Of a DNA stretch of 30,080 nt, positions 18,186-26,364 are shown one piece after another. Source of the stretch: Candidatus Eiseniibacteriota bacterium (GTDB taxonomy: Bacteria > Eisenbacteria > RBG-16-71-46). The notes beneath the pieces were generated by a model. It had not been told where the DNA came from. It ran no database searches and saw only the letters and a program-made list of their open reading frames with translations. The stretch covers positions 1 through 30,080 of the forward strand of contig JBGAOA010000054.1 of the NCBI GenBank assembly GCA_044222065.1. The letters run 5' to 3'. The stretch's first letter is position 1. Every line of letters begins with the position of its first letter. Made by a program: the position numbers and the translations under genes.

Positions 18186-19492
18186 CGCGCGACCACCACG
18201 GGGCGGGTGAGGCGACCCGTCGTTCCGGTGTTCGACTCGAGCACGACCGACAGGATGTAGATCCCGGCGTCGACGATGCGTCCCGCGTCGTCGCGTCCGT
18301 CCCAGCGCGCCTCGGGCAGGTAGGAGGCGAGCGACCCGTTCGCCTGGTCGACCGGATTGCTCGAGTAAGTGTTGGAGCCGACCTGCTTCAAGGACAGCTT
18401 GCGCACGAGGCGGCCTCGCACGTCGAAGATCGAGGTGTCGAGGCCGCGGCCGCTGCGGCACGGGTCCGAGAACGCGGGATCGTCGCGGCGCTTGAAGCGC
18501 ACGCAGAAGTTGGCGGTCTCGCCGCGGTCGGGCGCGAACGCGGGCCGGAGCCAGCGCAGCTCCGCGAGCTCGGCGGGGCGCGCCTCGACCGGCGGATCGA
18601 TGCGGAACGACACGCGCGGCTTCACGTCCACGTTCCAGTCGGCGATGCCGTCCGGGCCTCCGCCGCCGAGGCCGGTGTCGTCCCGGCGGTCGAGGTCGAT
18701 GACCGCGTAGTTGTCGAGGAACACCTCGAGGCTGCCGTCCGACGACAGGCCGTTCGAGTTGTCGGGCGCGCAGTCGGGGCCGCCGGTGTTGTCGCCGCCG
18801 GAGGTGATCACCGCGGCGAGCTTGAGGCGCGCCCCGCGCGGGATGCGCCGCAGCGTGTCGGTGCGGCCGGCCACCGTCATGACGGTGTCGCGCGTGCCGA
18901 AGCCCTCGCTCCCGAGGAACAGGGTGTTCCACGGGATCTTGAACTCCATCGCGCGTCCGCGCTGGTTCGTCGAAAACGTGGCGGCCGCTTCGAACAGCGC
19001 GCCCGGCTGGTTGTCCGTCACCTGCAGTCCGCCGAGCTGGCCGCCCTGGTGGACGATGAGCCGCGGGAGCGTGTTCGTGTCCCACGTCGCGCCGAACAGG
19101 TCGGGGTTCAGGCTGTCGGCGTCGAACGAGAAGTTGCGCGACCACGAGTTGAGGTTGCGCATCGTCGTGAGGCCCTGGCCCGGCAGCGGGTCGAGCAGGA
19201 TCACGAGGTTGTTGCCCCACGTCACCGCTTCGCCCGCGAGGTACAGGAACTGCGCGTCCCACGTCACTCGCAGGTTCCAGACGTCGTTGTCGGGGCCCCA
19301 CTTCGAATCGCTCGTGCTCTCTTCCGGGACGTTGCGCGGCCCGTTGAAGCCGAACACGGCCTCGTCGGCGGCGAAGTCGTTCGTGAAGCCGTCCACGGTG
19401 AAGCGCGCGGACAGGTCGCGCGCGGTCGAGCCGTGCGCGGCGGGCGCGAACAGTACGAGGAGGAGGAACGTGGGGAAGAGCCGGCGGCGCAC
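18182..19492 (-). CDS. Secreted protein with a DOMON/CBM9-like N-terminal domain and a FlgD-Ig/T9SS-like C-terminal sorting domain, 436 aa
   Basis: GGAG RBS then GTG 19492; signal peptide (RRRLFPTFLLLVLFAPAAHG); TVDG..DF...LRVTWDAQFLYLA; CTD AFAPDRGE...IFDVRGRLVRKL...WDGRDDAGRIVDAGIYIL. Confidence 0.75.
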   Translation of the reverse strand: MRRRLFPTFLLLVLFAPAAHGSTARDLSARFTVDGFTNDFAADEAVFGFNGPRNVPEESTSDSKWGPDNDVWNLRVTWDAQFLYLAGEAVTWGNNLVILLDPLPGQGLTTMRNLNSWSRNFSFDADSLNPDLFGATWDTNTLPRLIVHQGGQLGGLQVTDNQPGALFEAAATFSTNQRGRAMEFKIPWNTLFLGSEGFGTRDTVMTVAGRTDTLRRIPRGARLKLAAVITSGGDNTGGPDCAPDNSNGLSSDGSLEVFLDNYAVIDLDRRDDTGLGGGGPDGIADWNVDVKPRVSFRIDPPVEARPAELAELRWLRPAFAPDRGETANFCVRFKRRDDPAFSDPCRSGRGLDTSIFDVRGRLVRKLSLKQVGSNTYSSNPVDQANGSLASYLPEARWDGRDDAGRIVDAGIYILSVVLESNTGTTGRLTRPVVVAR

Positions 19493-19540
19493 GATGCGCT
19501 CCAGGGAGTCCGCATTCTCGAGCGAGTTGGGATCGGCCGC

Positions 19541-19569
19541 ATGATGCCGGGCGCTTCGGGGAGGGTCAA
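19541..19569 (-). promoter_or_regulatory. Putative promoter of the leftward nine-gene operon
   Basis: Minus strand TTGACC (19569-19564), a 17-nt spacer, then CATCAT (19546-19541). Confidence 0.4.
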
Positions 19570-19620
19570 GGTTCGGGCCGCGCCGAGCGTCGGCGTCGCG
19601 CCGTCCGGCGCGGCGAGTGG

Positions 19621-19650
19621 TTGCCGCACCGCTCCGGCGGCACCTAGAAT
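19621..19650 (+). promoter_or_regulatory. Putative divergent promoter of the 19763 gene
   Basis: TTGCCG (19621-19626), an 18-nt spacer, then TAGAAT (19645-19650). Confidence 0.5.
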
Positions 19651-19762
19651 CTGCGCCGTCCGGGCCGCGCCGCAGCGTGCGATCGTCCGGATCTCGCATC
19701 CGCCTTACGAGCCGACGCGCCGTCCGGCGAGCGGTTCTCTGGCGACCGGCTGGAGACTCGTG

Positions 19763-22288
19763 ATGACCCTCTGGAGACGACTCCTCGTTCCGGCCCTCGG
19801 ACTCGCCTTGCTCGCCGCGCCCGCATTCGGATACGTCGCGCAGACGATCGTCGTCGACGGCACGAACGACTTCGACCCCGCCAACACGGTCGAGGACGAC
19901 AGCATCGACACGCAGACCTTCTGTTCCCCCGCGGCCCTGCCGCTCGAGATCGGCAAGGTCTTCGTCACGAACGACGCGAACTTCCTCTACATCGGCATCG
20001 AACACGCGAAGACCTGCTTCTGCGACATGAACCTCGGCGTCGCGATCGAGGTGGGCGGCACGGTCGCGGGCGGAACCTCGGACCCGTTCAGCCGCAAGAT
20101 CGGGTGGTCGTCGCTCACGAACCGTCCCGACTTCGTCGTCTACGACGTCACGCCGACGAACTGCAACACCTTCAACTACGAAGCGCTCTACCGGTGGAAC
20201 ACCGGCACGAGCGCGTGGGACAACGTCTCGACGCTCGTCAATCCCTCGTACGGCGGCGGCTCGAACGGTCTCGGCATCGGCGACGGCAACGACTTCAAGG
20301 AGATCCGCCTGCCGCTCTCGGTGCTCGGCGCGACCGCGGGCACGGCGCTCGGCCTCGAGGTGTGGGTGACGCAGGACGCCGCGACGAAGGGCCCGCTCGA
20401 CGCGATGTGCAGCGACAACGTGCAGATGTCGCGGGTCGGGCAGACGACGTTCGACACGACGGCCGTCGTCCAGATGACGTGCCTCGCGCCGTACACGGTG
20501 CTGAACGCGACGGATGCGCAGCCGCCGATCGTCTCGAGCGCGCTCGCGGTGAACTTCCCGCTGCTCGCGAACCGTCAGTTCGGGCTCAGCACGAACAAGA
20601 TCGACGTCACGTTCAGCGAGCCCGTGCAGCTCGCGACCGCGCAGACGGCCTCGAACTACACGATCAGCGGCGCCGCCTCGCCCCTCGTGATCCTCGCCCA
20701 GCGCGACGCGGTCGCGAACAACATCGTGCATCTCACGGTGTCGAGCTCGGTGTCGTCGAACGCGAACTTCTACAACGTGACCGTGAAGAACGTGCAGGAC
20801 GTGGCCGGGAACGCGATCGTGCAGAACGGCACGACGAACGTCGGCTCGTTCTTCATCCAGAACGCGACCTTTGAGGGCAATTTCAAGGTCGGGATGTGCA
20901 AGGGCATCTTCGCCCAGGCGGATACGTTCGCGGTCGAAGGCAACCTCGCGCCGCTGACGTTCGACCTGCGCGACAACGCGCTGATGTACGACGCGAACGT
21001 GGACTCGATCTGGACGGTCACGGTGCCGTTCGCGCTCGCGAAGAGCGGCGCGACCGCCGAGGCCGACCTCGCCTGGAAGTTCGGGCGCAAGACGTTCGTG
21101 AACCCGGGCTCGCTCGAGTTCGAGCCGCTGTCGCAGAACCGCGCGTACCACCTGAGCAGCGCGAACGGCGCGAACGTGACGCTCGCCGGCTTCTGGAACA
21201 ACGACGATCCGGCGAACTTCACGACGCACCCGGTGGACGTCGTCTTCCGCGTGAACGCCACGCTGCGGAACCCGACCGCCAGCGACACGCTGTCGCTCGC
21301 CGGCTCCGAATTCCCGCTCACGTTCACGCTGCCGGGCGCGCCGATGAAGGACGACGGCGTGTTCCCCGACGCCGTCGCCGGCGACAAGATCTACTCGGCG
21401 AAGGTGCGCTTCCCGTCGTGCGCGAGCCGCAACATCTCGTGGAAGGTCGGCGTGAACCACGCGTTCGAGTGCGCGGGGCAGGGCGACCGCACGTTCACGC
21501 TCAACGACGCCGGCGCCGACACGGTCGGCGGCACGCACGGACCGCAGACGCTCCCGGCGCGTGGAATCGACCGCTGCGACGTGACGGACAAGGCGATCAA
21601 GGTCGTCTTCCGCGTGGACGGCACGCTCATCTCGCCGGACCCCGCCGGCTCGGACACGATGGCCGTGATGGGCAACCGGGCGCCGCTGCAGTTCGACGTT
21701 CCGGCGACCGCGGCGCAGCGCATGTTCGACAACGGCGCCGGCGACGATGCGGTCGCGGGCGACCAGATCTTCACGCGCGCGATCGTGTTCCCCGACTCGA
21801 CGCCGTTCAACGTGGACTTCAAGTACCGGCTGTCGAGCTGGCCCACGAACAACGGCTTCGAGTGCGAAGGCTTCGGCAACCGCTCGCTCACGCTGAACGA
21901 CGTGACGTACTCGGTCGCGAATCCGCTCGTGCGCGTGCTGAGCGCGTGGAACTTCTGCACCGAGCCGCTCGCGGTGCCGATCGGGGACGCGCCGGTCGTC
22001 TCGAGCGCGAGCTTCGCCGTGATGCACCCCGGCTTCCCGGTGCCGTTCGCGAACCGCACGACGGTGCGCTTCGAGCTCAAGACGGCGGGGCGCGCGACGC
22101 TCAAGGTCTACGACGTCTCGGGCCGTTGCGTCGCCACGCTGCTCGATGGCGAGTTCGAGGCGGGCACGCGGACGGTCGCGTGGGACGGCCGCTCCGCGGC
22201 GGGCGCGCGGCTCGGCAGCGGCGTCTACCTCGCCGTGCTGTCGCGCGGCTCGGAACGCGTGGGCAGCCGGCTCGTGCTGACGCGCTGA
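19763..22288 (+). CDS. Large secreted multidomain protein (DOMON/CBM9-like, Ig-like, three CBM20-like modules with choice-of-anchor-X-like motifs, FlgD/T9SS-like CTD), 841 aa
   Basis: GGAG RBS; signal peptide ending AAPAFG; IVVDGTNDF...NDANFLYIGI; VTFSEPV...SNYTI Ig domain; repeats VVFRV...[AM]G...PL.F...MKDDGVFPDAVAGDKIY / MFDNGAGDDAVAGDQIF; CTD KVYDVSGRCVATL...WDGRSAAGARLGSGVYL. Confidence 0.8.
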   Translation: MTLWRRLLVPALGLALLAAPAFGYVAQTIVVDGTNDFDPANTVEDDSIDTQTFCSPAALPLEIGKVFVTNDANFLYIGIEHAKTCFCDMNLGVAIEVGGTVAGGTSDPFSRKIGWSSLTNRPDFVVYDVTPTNCNTFNYEALYRWNTGTSAWDNVSTLVNPSYGGGSNGLGIGDGNDFKEIRLPLSVLGATAGTALGLEVWVTQDAATKGPLDAMCSDNVQMSRVGQTTFDTTAVVQMTCLAPYTVLNATDAQPPIVSSALAVNFPLLANRQFGLSTNKIDVTFSEPVQLATAQTASNYTISGAASPLVILAQRDAVANNIVHLTVSSSVSSNANFYNVTVKNVQDVAGNAIVQNGTTNVGSFFIQNATFEGNFKVGMCKGIFAQADTFAVEGNLAPLTFDLRDNALMYDANVDSIWTVTVPFALAKSGATAEADLAWKFGRKTFVNPGSLEFEPLSQNRAYHLSSANGANVTLAGFWNNDDPANFTTHPVDVVFRVNATLRNPTASDTLSLAGSEFPLTFTLPGAPMKDDGVFPDAVAGDKIYSAKVRFPSCASRNISWKVGVNHAFECAGQGDRTFTLNDAGADTVGGTHGPQTLPARGIDRCDVTDKAIKVVFRVDGTLISPDPAGSDTMAVMGNRAPLQFDVPATAAQRMFDNGAGDDAVAGDQIFTRAIVFPDSTPFNVDFKYRLSSWPTNNGFECEGFGNRSLTLNDVTYSVANPLVRVLSAWNFCTEPLAVPIGDAPVVSSASFAVMHPGFPVPFANRTTVRFELKTAGRATLKVYDVSGRCVATLLDGEFEAGTRTVAWDGRSAAGARLGSGVYLAVLSRGSERVGSRLVLTR

Positions 22289-22304
22289 CGCCGAGGACTC
22301 GGGA

Positions 22305-22342
22305 CGGAGGCGCCGCCTCGCGCGGCGCCCCCGATTCCTTTT
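22305..22342 (+). terminator. Probable intrinsic terminator of the 19763 gene
   Basis: Stem GGCGCCGC (22309-22316) / GCGGCGCC (22322-22329), followed by ATTCCTTTT. Confidence 0.6.
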
Positions 22343-22357
22343 CGGGGTGCGCGAGGG

Positions 22358-22395
22358 AAACGGAAGGGGCGGGCGCTCGCGGCGCCCGCCCCTTC
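22358..22395 (-). terminator. Probable terminator of the convergent 23161-22415 gene
   Basis: Perfect 14-bp stem GAAGGGGCGGGCGC (22363-22376) / GCGCCCGCCCCTTC (22382-22395), followed on the minus strand by CGTTT. Confidence 0.65.
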
Positions 22396-22414
22396 GCGCA
22401 TCGAATCGCGCGGC

Positions 22415-23161
22415 CTAGCGGTACAGCGTCTTCAGCTCGCCCCAGCTTCGCGCCTTCGTCGGCGTCGGGTTCCCGACCGTCACGCGCGCACGGCCGGTGC
22501 ACTGGTCGAACTCGAACAGCACGTCGCTGTTCGCCATCGTCGTCGTGTACGCGAGGTTCGCTCCGCACGGCGCGGCGGCGCCCTCGCTGCCAATGTTGCA
22601 CACGTCCCACGTGCCGGTCGCGCGGAACTTCGCCTCGTAGCTGCCCGGCGCGGCCACGTTGACCGTCTTCGACCACACGCAGCCCGTCAGCGACGCGGCC
22701 ACGCCCGACGTCCAGCCGCCCGTCTCGGGCGCGCCGCCGATGACTTCGAACGTCGTGCCCGGAGGCGCGAAGTGATCGCTCCAGACGATGTTGCTCGCCG
22801 GCAGCCAGCCGTCCGAGTACGTGTTGCGATCGAGCGTGAACTTCACCGGGTCACCGGGGCCCGCGATGTGCACCCACAGGTTGCACCACGGGTAGTAGCT
22901 CTCGGACCAGTCCGCGAGCGCGATCTTGAACTCCTTGCGGCCGCCGGCCTGGTCGGCGACGACCGTGCCCGCGAACACGAGGTCGCCCGCGGCGCCGTCG
23001 CCGTGGAGACCGTCGTCGAACATCTCGTTCCCGCCGTCGTTGTTCCAGCAGCCGGGGCCGCAGTAGTAGTCGCCCTTGGCGAACCACGGTCCGGCGATGG
23101 CCGTGCCGACGAGCGCGGCCGTGGCGATGACGGTGAGGAGCGCAGTCGCTGTCTTCTTCAT
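22415..23161 (-). CDS. Secreted 248-aa Cys/Trp-rich protein with CBM-like modules and a C-terminal SWGxxKxxYR motif
   Basis: GGAGGA RBS; signal peptide MKKTATALL...AIA; MFDDGLHGDGAAGDLVF motif; paired segments KEFKIALADW / YEAKFRATGTW; ends PTPTKARSWGELKTLYR. Confidence 0.82.
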   Translation of the reverse strand: MKKTATALLTVIATAALVGTAIAGPWFAKGDYYCGPGCWNNDGGNEMFDDGLHGDGAAGDLVFAGTVVADQAGGRKEFKIALADWSESYYPWCNLWVHIAGPGDPVKFTLDRNTYSDGWLPASNIVWSDHFAPPGTTFEVIGGAPETGGWTSGVAASLTGCVWSKTVNVAAPGSYEAKFRATGTWDVCNIGSEGAAAPCGANLAYTTTMANSDVLFEFDQCTGRARVTVGNPTPTKARSWGELKTLYR

Positions 23162-23237
23162 GTTGGGGGTCCTCCTCCAGGTTCGTTGGGTGATTCCGCG
23201 GGTCCGCGGAGAGCGGGATGCGGTCCCGAGCGCGAAA

Positions 23238-23268
23238 AGTCTAGCAGCAGGCCCGGGGGACGTGGCAA
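23238..23268 (-). promoter_or_regulatory. Putative promoter of the 248-aa secreted protein gene
   Basis: Minus strand TTGCCA, then an extended -10 TGcTAGACT. The 19-nt spacer is atypically long. Confidence 0.4.
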
Positions 23269-23291
23269 CGCGGTATTCGCGGGAGCGGCGA

Positions 23292-24134
23292 TCAGGACTT
23301 CACGCCCCCGAGCGACAGCCCCTCGACGAGCCAGCGGTTGAGCGCCACGAACAGCACCATGACCGGCACGCAGACGAGCAGGGATCCGGCCGCGTAGTTC
23401 GCCCACTCGGTCTGAAACGTGCCCGCGAGGCTCTCGAGGCCGAGGGGCAGCGTGTACAGCTCGGCGCGGCTCAGCACGATGCGGGCGACGAGGAACTCGG
23501 ACCACGCCGCCATGAACGAGAACAGCGCGGTGATCGCGAGCGCCGGCGAGGCGAGCGGCAGCGTGACCCGCACGAACGCGGTCCACGGGCCGCAGCCGTC
23601 GATGAGCGCCGCCTGTTCGAGCTCGACCGGGATCGTGTCGTAGTAGCCGCGCAGGGTCCACACGCAGAACGGCAGCGCCGTCGTCGTGTACGCGAGCACG
23701 AGCCCGAAGTAGGAGTTGAGGAGGCCGAGTTCCTTCATGAGCACGTAGAGCGGCAGCATGAGCATCGTGGGCGGGAACATCTGCGTGAGCAGGAACGAGT
23801 AGAGCCCGGCGCGCGAGCCCGGGAAGCGGAAACGCGAGAACGCGTAGCCGGCGGTCGAGGCGAGCGTGACGCCGAACACCGTGGTCGCGAGCGACACGAC
23901 GAACGAGTTCAGGAGCCAGCGCAGGAACGGCTTCTCGAACAGCATCACGCGGTACGCGGTGAACGTGGCGTGCTCGGGGACGATCGCGAGCGAGGTCGAG
24001 TAGAGCTGGTCGGAGGGCCGCAGCGAGACCGTGAAGATCTGCAGGATCGGGTAGACGGTCGCGAGCGCGAAGAACGCAAGGAACACGTGCGTGAGCACGC
24101 GCCCGGGCGTCCAGCGGTCGGCGCGGCCGCTCAC
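23292..24134 (-). CDS. malG: Carbohydrate ABC transporter permease (MalG-like), 280 aa
   Basis: The GTG overlaps the upstream stop. AGYAFSRFRFPG, TQMFP, EAA loop IPVELEQAALIDGC, FMAAWSEF. Confidence 0.9.
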   Translation of the reverse strand: MSGRADRWTPGRVLTHVFLAFFALATVYPILQIFTVSLRPSDQLYSTSLAIVPEHATFTAYRVMLFEKPFLRWLLNSFVVSLATTVFGVTLASTAGYAFSRFRFPGSRAGLYSFLLTQMFPPTMLMLPLYVLMKELGLLNSYFGLVLAYTTTALPFCVWTLRGYYDTIPVELEQAALIDGCGPWTAFVRVTLPLASPALAITALFSFMAAWSEFLVARIVLSRAELYTLPLGLESLAGTFQTEWANYAAGSLLVCVPVMVLFVALNRWLVEGLSLGGVKS

Positions 24135-25015
24135 GCCCGCCGCTCCGCGACGGCGGTGCGCCGGAGCACGACGATCACGAAGCCGAGCAGCAGCGCGAAC
24201 ACGACCATCGAGAACGCCGCGGCGTACGAGTAGCGCGTGTACGTGAACGCGACCTTGTAGATGTACGTGACGAGGATGTGCGTCTGGTCGGCGGGCTCGC
24301 CGCCGTGCGACACGAGCCACACGACGAGCATGTTGTTGAACGTCCAGATCGTGCCGAGCAGCACGGCGGGCGTCAGCGTCGGGAGCAGCTGCGGCCACGT
24401 GATGTGGACGAAGCGGTCCCACGCGCTCGCGCCGTCGAGCTCGGCCGCCTCGTAGAGGTCGCGCGGGATCGTCGTGAGCCCGCCGAGCGCGACGACCATC
24501 ATGAACGGGAAGCCGAGCCACACGTTCGTGAGCACCGGCGCGACGAACGCCCAGAACGGATCGGTGAGCCACGGCACGGCGGGCAGGTGGAGCACCTTGC
24601 GCAGGATCAGGTTCACCGCGCCGTACTCGTAGTTGAACATGCCGCGCCACGTGAGCGCCGAGATGTACTGCGGCATCGCCCACGGCAGGATGAGCAGCGT
24701 GCGGAACAGCGTCTTGCCCTTCACGTTTCCGCGCAGCATCAGCGCGAGCATCACGCCGATCGCGACGTGGAAGAACACGTTCACCGCCGTCCACACGAGC
24801 GACTTCGCGAGCGTCGAGTAGAACATCGGCTCGGAGAGGATGAGCCGGAACTGCTCGAGGCCGACGAACGCGTGGTTCCGGAACCGGTACAGGCTCATGT
24901 TCCGGAACGCGAGGTACACGTTGTAGAGGAGCGGGTACGCGACGACGACGGCCATCGCGACGAACGAGGGGAAGACGAGCGCCGGACCGAACCAGCGCGG
25001 GGCGCGCAGGACCAT
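24131..25015 (-). CDS. malF: Carbohydrate ABC transporter permease (MalF-like), 294 aa
   Basis: FVGLEQF, RTLLILPWAMP, NVWLGFPFMM, EAA loop IPRDLYEAAELDGAS, THILVTYIYK. Confidence 0.9.
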   Translation of the reverse strand: MVLRAPRWFGPALVFPSFVAMAVVVAYPLLYNVYLAFRNMSLYRFRNHAFVGLEQFRLILSEPMFYSTLAKSLVWTAVNVFFHVAIGVMLALMLRGNVKGKTLFRTLLILPWAMPQYISALTWRGMFNYEYGAVNLILRKVLHLPAVPWLTDPFWAFVAPVLTNVWLGFPFMMVVALGGLTTIPRDLYEAAELDGASAWDRFVHITWPQLLPTLTPAVLLGTIWTFNNMLVVWLVSHGGEPADQTHILVTYIYKVAFTYTRYSYAAAFSMVVFALLLGFVIVVLRRTAVAERRA

Positions 25016-25021
25016 CGCCGG

Positions 25022-26263
25022 CTACTGGCGCATGCCGGCGATCTGCTGCAGCGCGTCCGCCTGCATCTGCGCCGCGGCCTTCGCGGGGCTCGCCGACCCG
25101 GCCATCACCTGCTGCATGCCCGGCCGCATGACGTCCCACAGCACGCGCATCTCGGGCACGACGGGCATGCGGCGCCCGAGCTCGAACGCCCGCTGCGACG
25201 CCTGGAGCGTCGGATCGCCCTGGATCGCGGGATCGGCGTACGCGTCGCGGTGGCTCGGCAGCACGCCCAGTTCGACCGCGCGGCGCTTCTGCGCCTCGGC
25301 CGACGTCAGGTAGGTGACGAGTTCGATCACGGCCGGGAGCTTCGCTTCCTTCACGTTCGCGTTGATCGAGTAGCCCTTGCTCGCGACCATCGGCGTCGCG
25401 CGCCGGCCGTTCGGCAGCGCCATGAGCGGCGCGACGCCGACGTCGATGCCGGCCTTCCGGTAGCCCGACCACGACCACGGGCCGTTCACGATCATCGCCG
25501 CCTGCCCCTCCTTGAAGAGCGTCTCCATCACCTGGTAGTCGCTCTCGCGCGGCATCACGCCCGCGCGGTTCTTGAGGTCGGCGAGCAGGGCGAGCGCTTC
25601 GCGCATCGGTTCGCCGTCGAGCGTCGGCTGCCGGTTCGCGTCCATCACCCAGCCGCCGTAGCCCGCGAGGAACGGCGCGAGCCAGTAGGGCTCGTTCGCG
25701 TTGAAGGCGAAGCCGTACACGGCGGGCGCGTCGCCCTTCGCCGGGCGCGTGGTCGCCTTCGCGATCTTCAGGAACTCGTCCCAGGTCTCGGGCGGCGCCG
25801 GCACGAGCTTGCGGTTGTAGACGAGCGTGAGGTGGTTGCCCACCTGGTCGGGCGCGGCCCACAGGTGTCCGTCCAGCGTGTCGAGCGACTGCGGAACGAA
25901 GCGGTCGAAGAACCCGGCCGGCATCGTGGTCTCGAGCGGACGGATCACGGCGAGCAGCGACAGCGGGCCGATCTGGTCCGAGGGCCCGAACACGATCTCG
26001 GGGCCGCCGCCCGCGGTCGCGGCGGTCTGGAACTGCGTGCGCAGGTTCTCGGTGTCGTAGGCGACGTACTCGACCTGCGCGCCCGGGTGCGCGGCGCGGT
26101 AGGCGGCGAGATTGTCGTCGAGCCGCACGCGCTCCTCGGGATCCATCTGGATCCAGATCGTGATCTTGCCGTCGTCCGCGGCCTGCTTGGCGCCGCCGCA
26201 CCCGGCGGCGGCGAGGGAGAGGGCGAGCGCGAGGGCGAGCGGGAGGCGTCCGCCGTTCGACAT
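25022..26263 (-). CDS. malE: Maltose/maltodextrin-type ABC substrate-binding lipoprotein, 413 aa
   Basis: GGAGG RBS before ATG 26263; lipobox AAGC; MalE-like motifs GGGPEIVFGPSDQIG, LVYNRKLVPAPPETWDE, LFKEGQAAMIVNGPWSW and MPVVPEMRVLWD. Confidence 0.88.
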   Translation of the reverse strand: MSNGGRLPLALALALSLAAAGCGGAKQAADDGKITIWIQMDPEERVRLDDNLAAYRAAHPGAQVEYVAYDTENLRTQFQTAATAGGGPEIVFGPSDQIGPLSLLAVIRPLETTMPAGFFDRFVPQSLDTLDGHLWAAPDQVGNHLTLVYNRKLVPAPPETWDEFLKIAKATTRPAKGDAPAVYGFAFNANEPYWLAPFLAGYGGWVMDANRQPTLDGEPMREALALLADLKNRAGVMPRESDYQVMETLFKEGQAAMIVNGPWSWSGYRKAGIDVGVAPLMALPNGRRATPMVASKGYSINANVKEAKLPAVIELVTYLTSAEAQKRRAVELGVLPSHRDAYADPAIQGDPTLQASQRAFELGRRMPVVPEMRVLWDVMRPGMQQVMAGSASPAKAAAQMQADALQQIAGMRQ

Positions 26264-26315
26264 GGTGCGACCTCCGGAGAGCGGATGCGGAGCGCGCACC
26301 CGACGTCGTCTTCAA

Positions 26316-26355
26316 CGAAGAGCGGCGCGGCGCGAGTGCGCCGCGCTGCTCTTCG
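26316..26355. terminator. 18-bp inverted repeat (one mismatch) between the GH57 gene and malE; terminator or mRNA-stabilising stem-loop
   Basis: CGAAGAGCGGCGCGGCGC-GAGT-GCGCCGCGCTGCTCTTCG, about 10 nt past the GH57 stop on the minus strand. Confidence 0.6.
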
Positions 26356-26364
26356 AGCGCAGTA

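Noticed and set aside
19493..22027. N-terminal extension of the 1281-aa ORF 18182-22027, and the similar extensions of 771-2573, 1520-3754, 10389-13343, 13112-14551, 15709-18138, 17235-19301, 19049-22288 and 23292-26441
   Set aside because: The true starts lie downstream, supported by RBSs, stop/start overlaps and signal peptides. The extensions are shadow sequence, not fusions.
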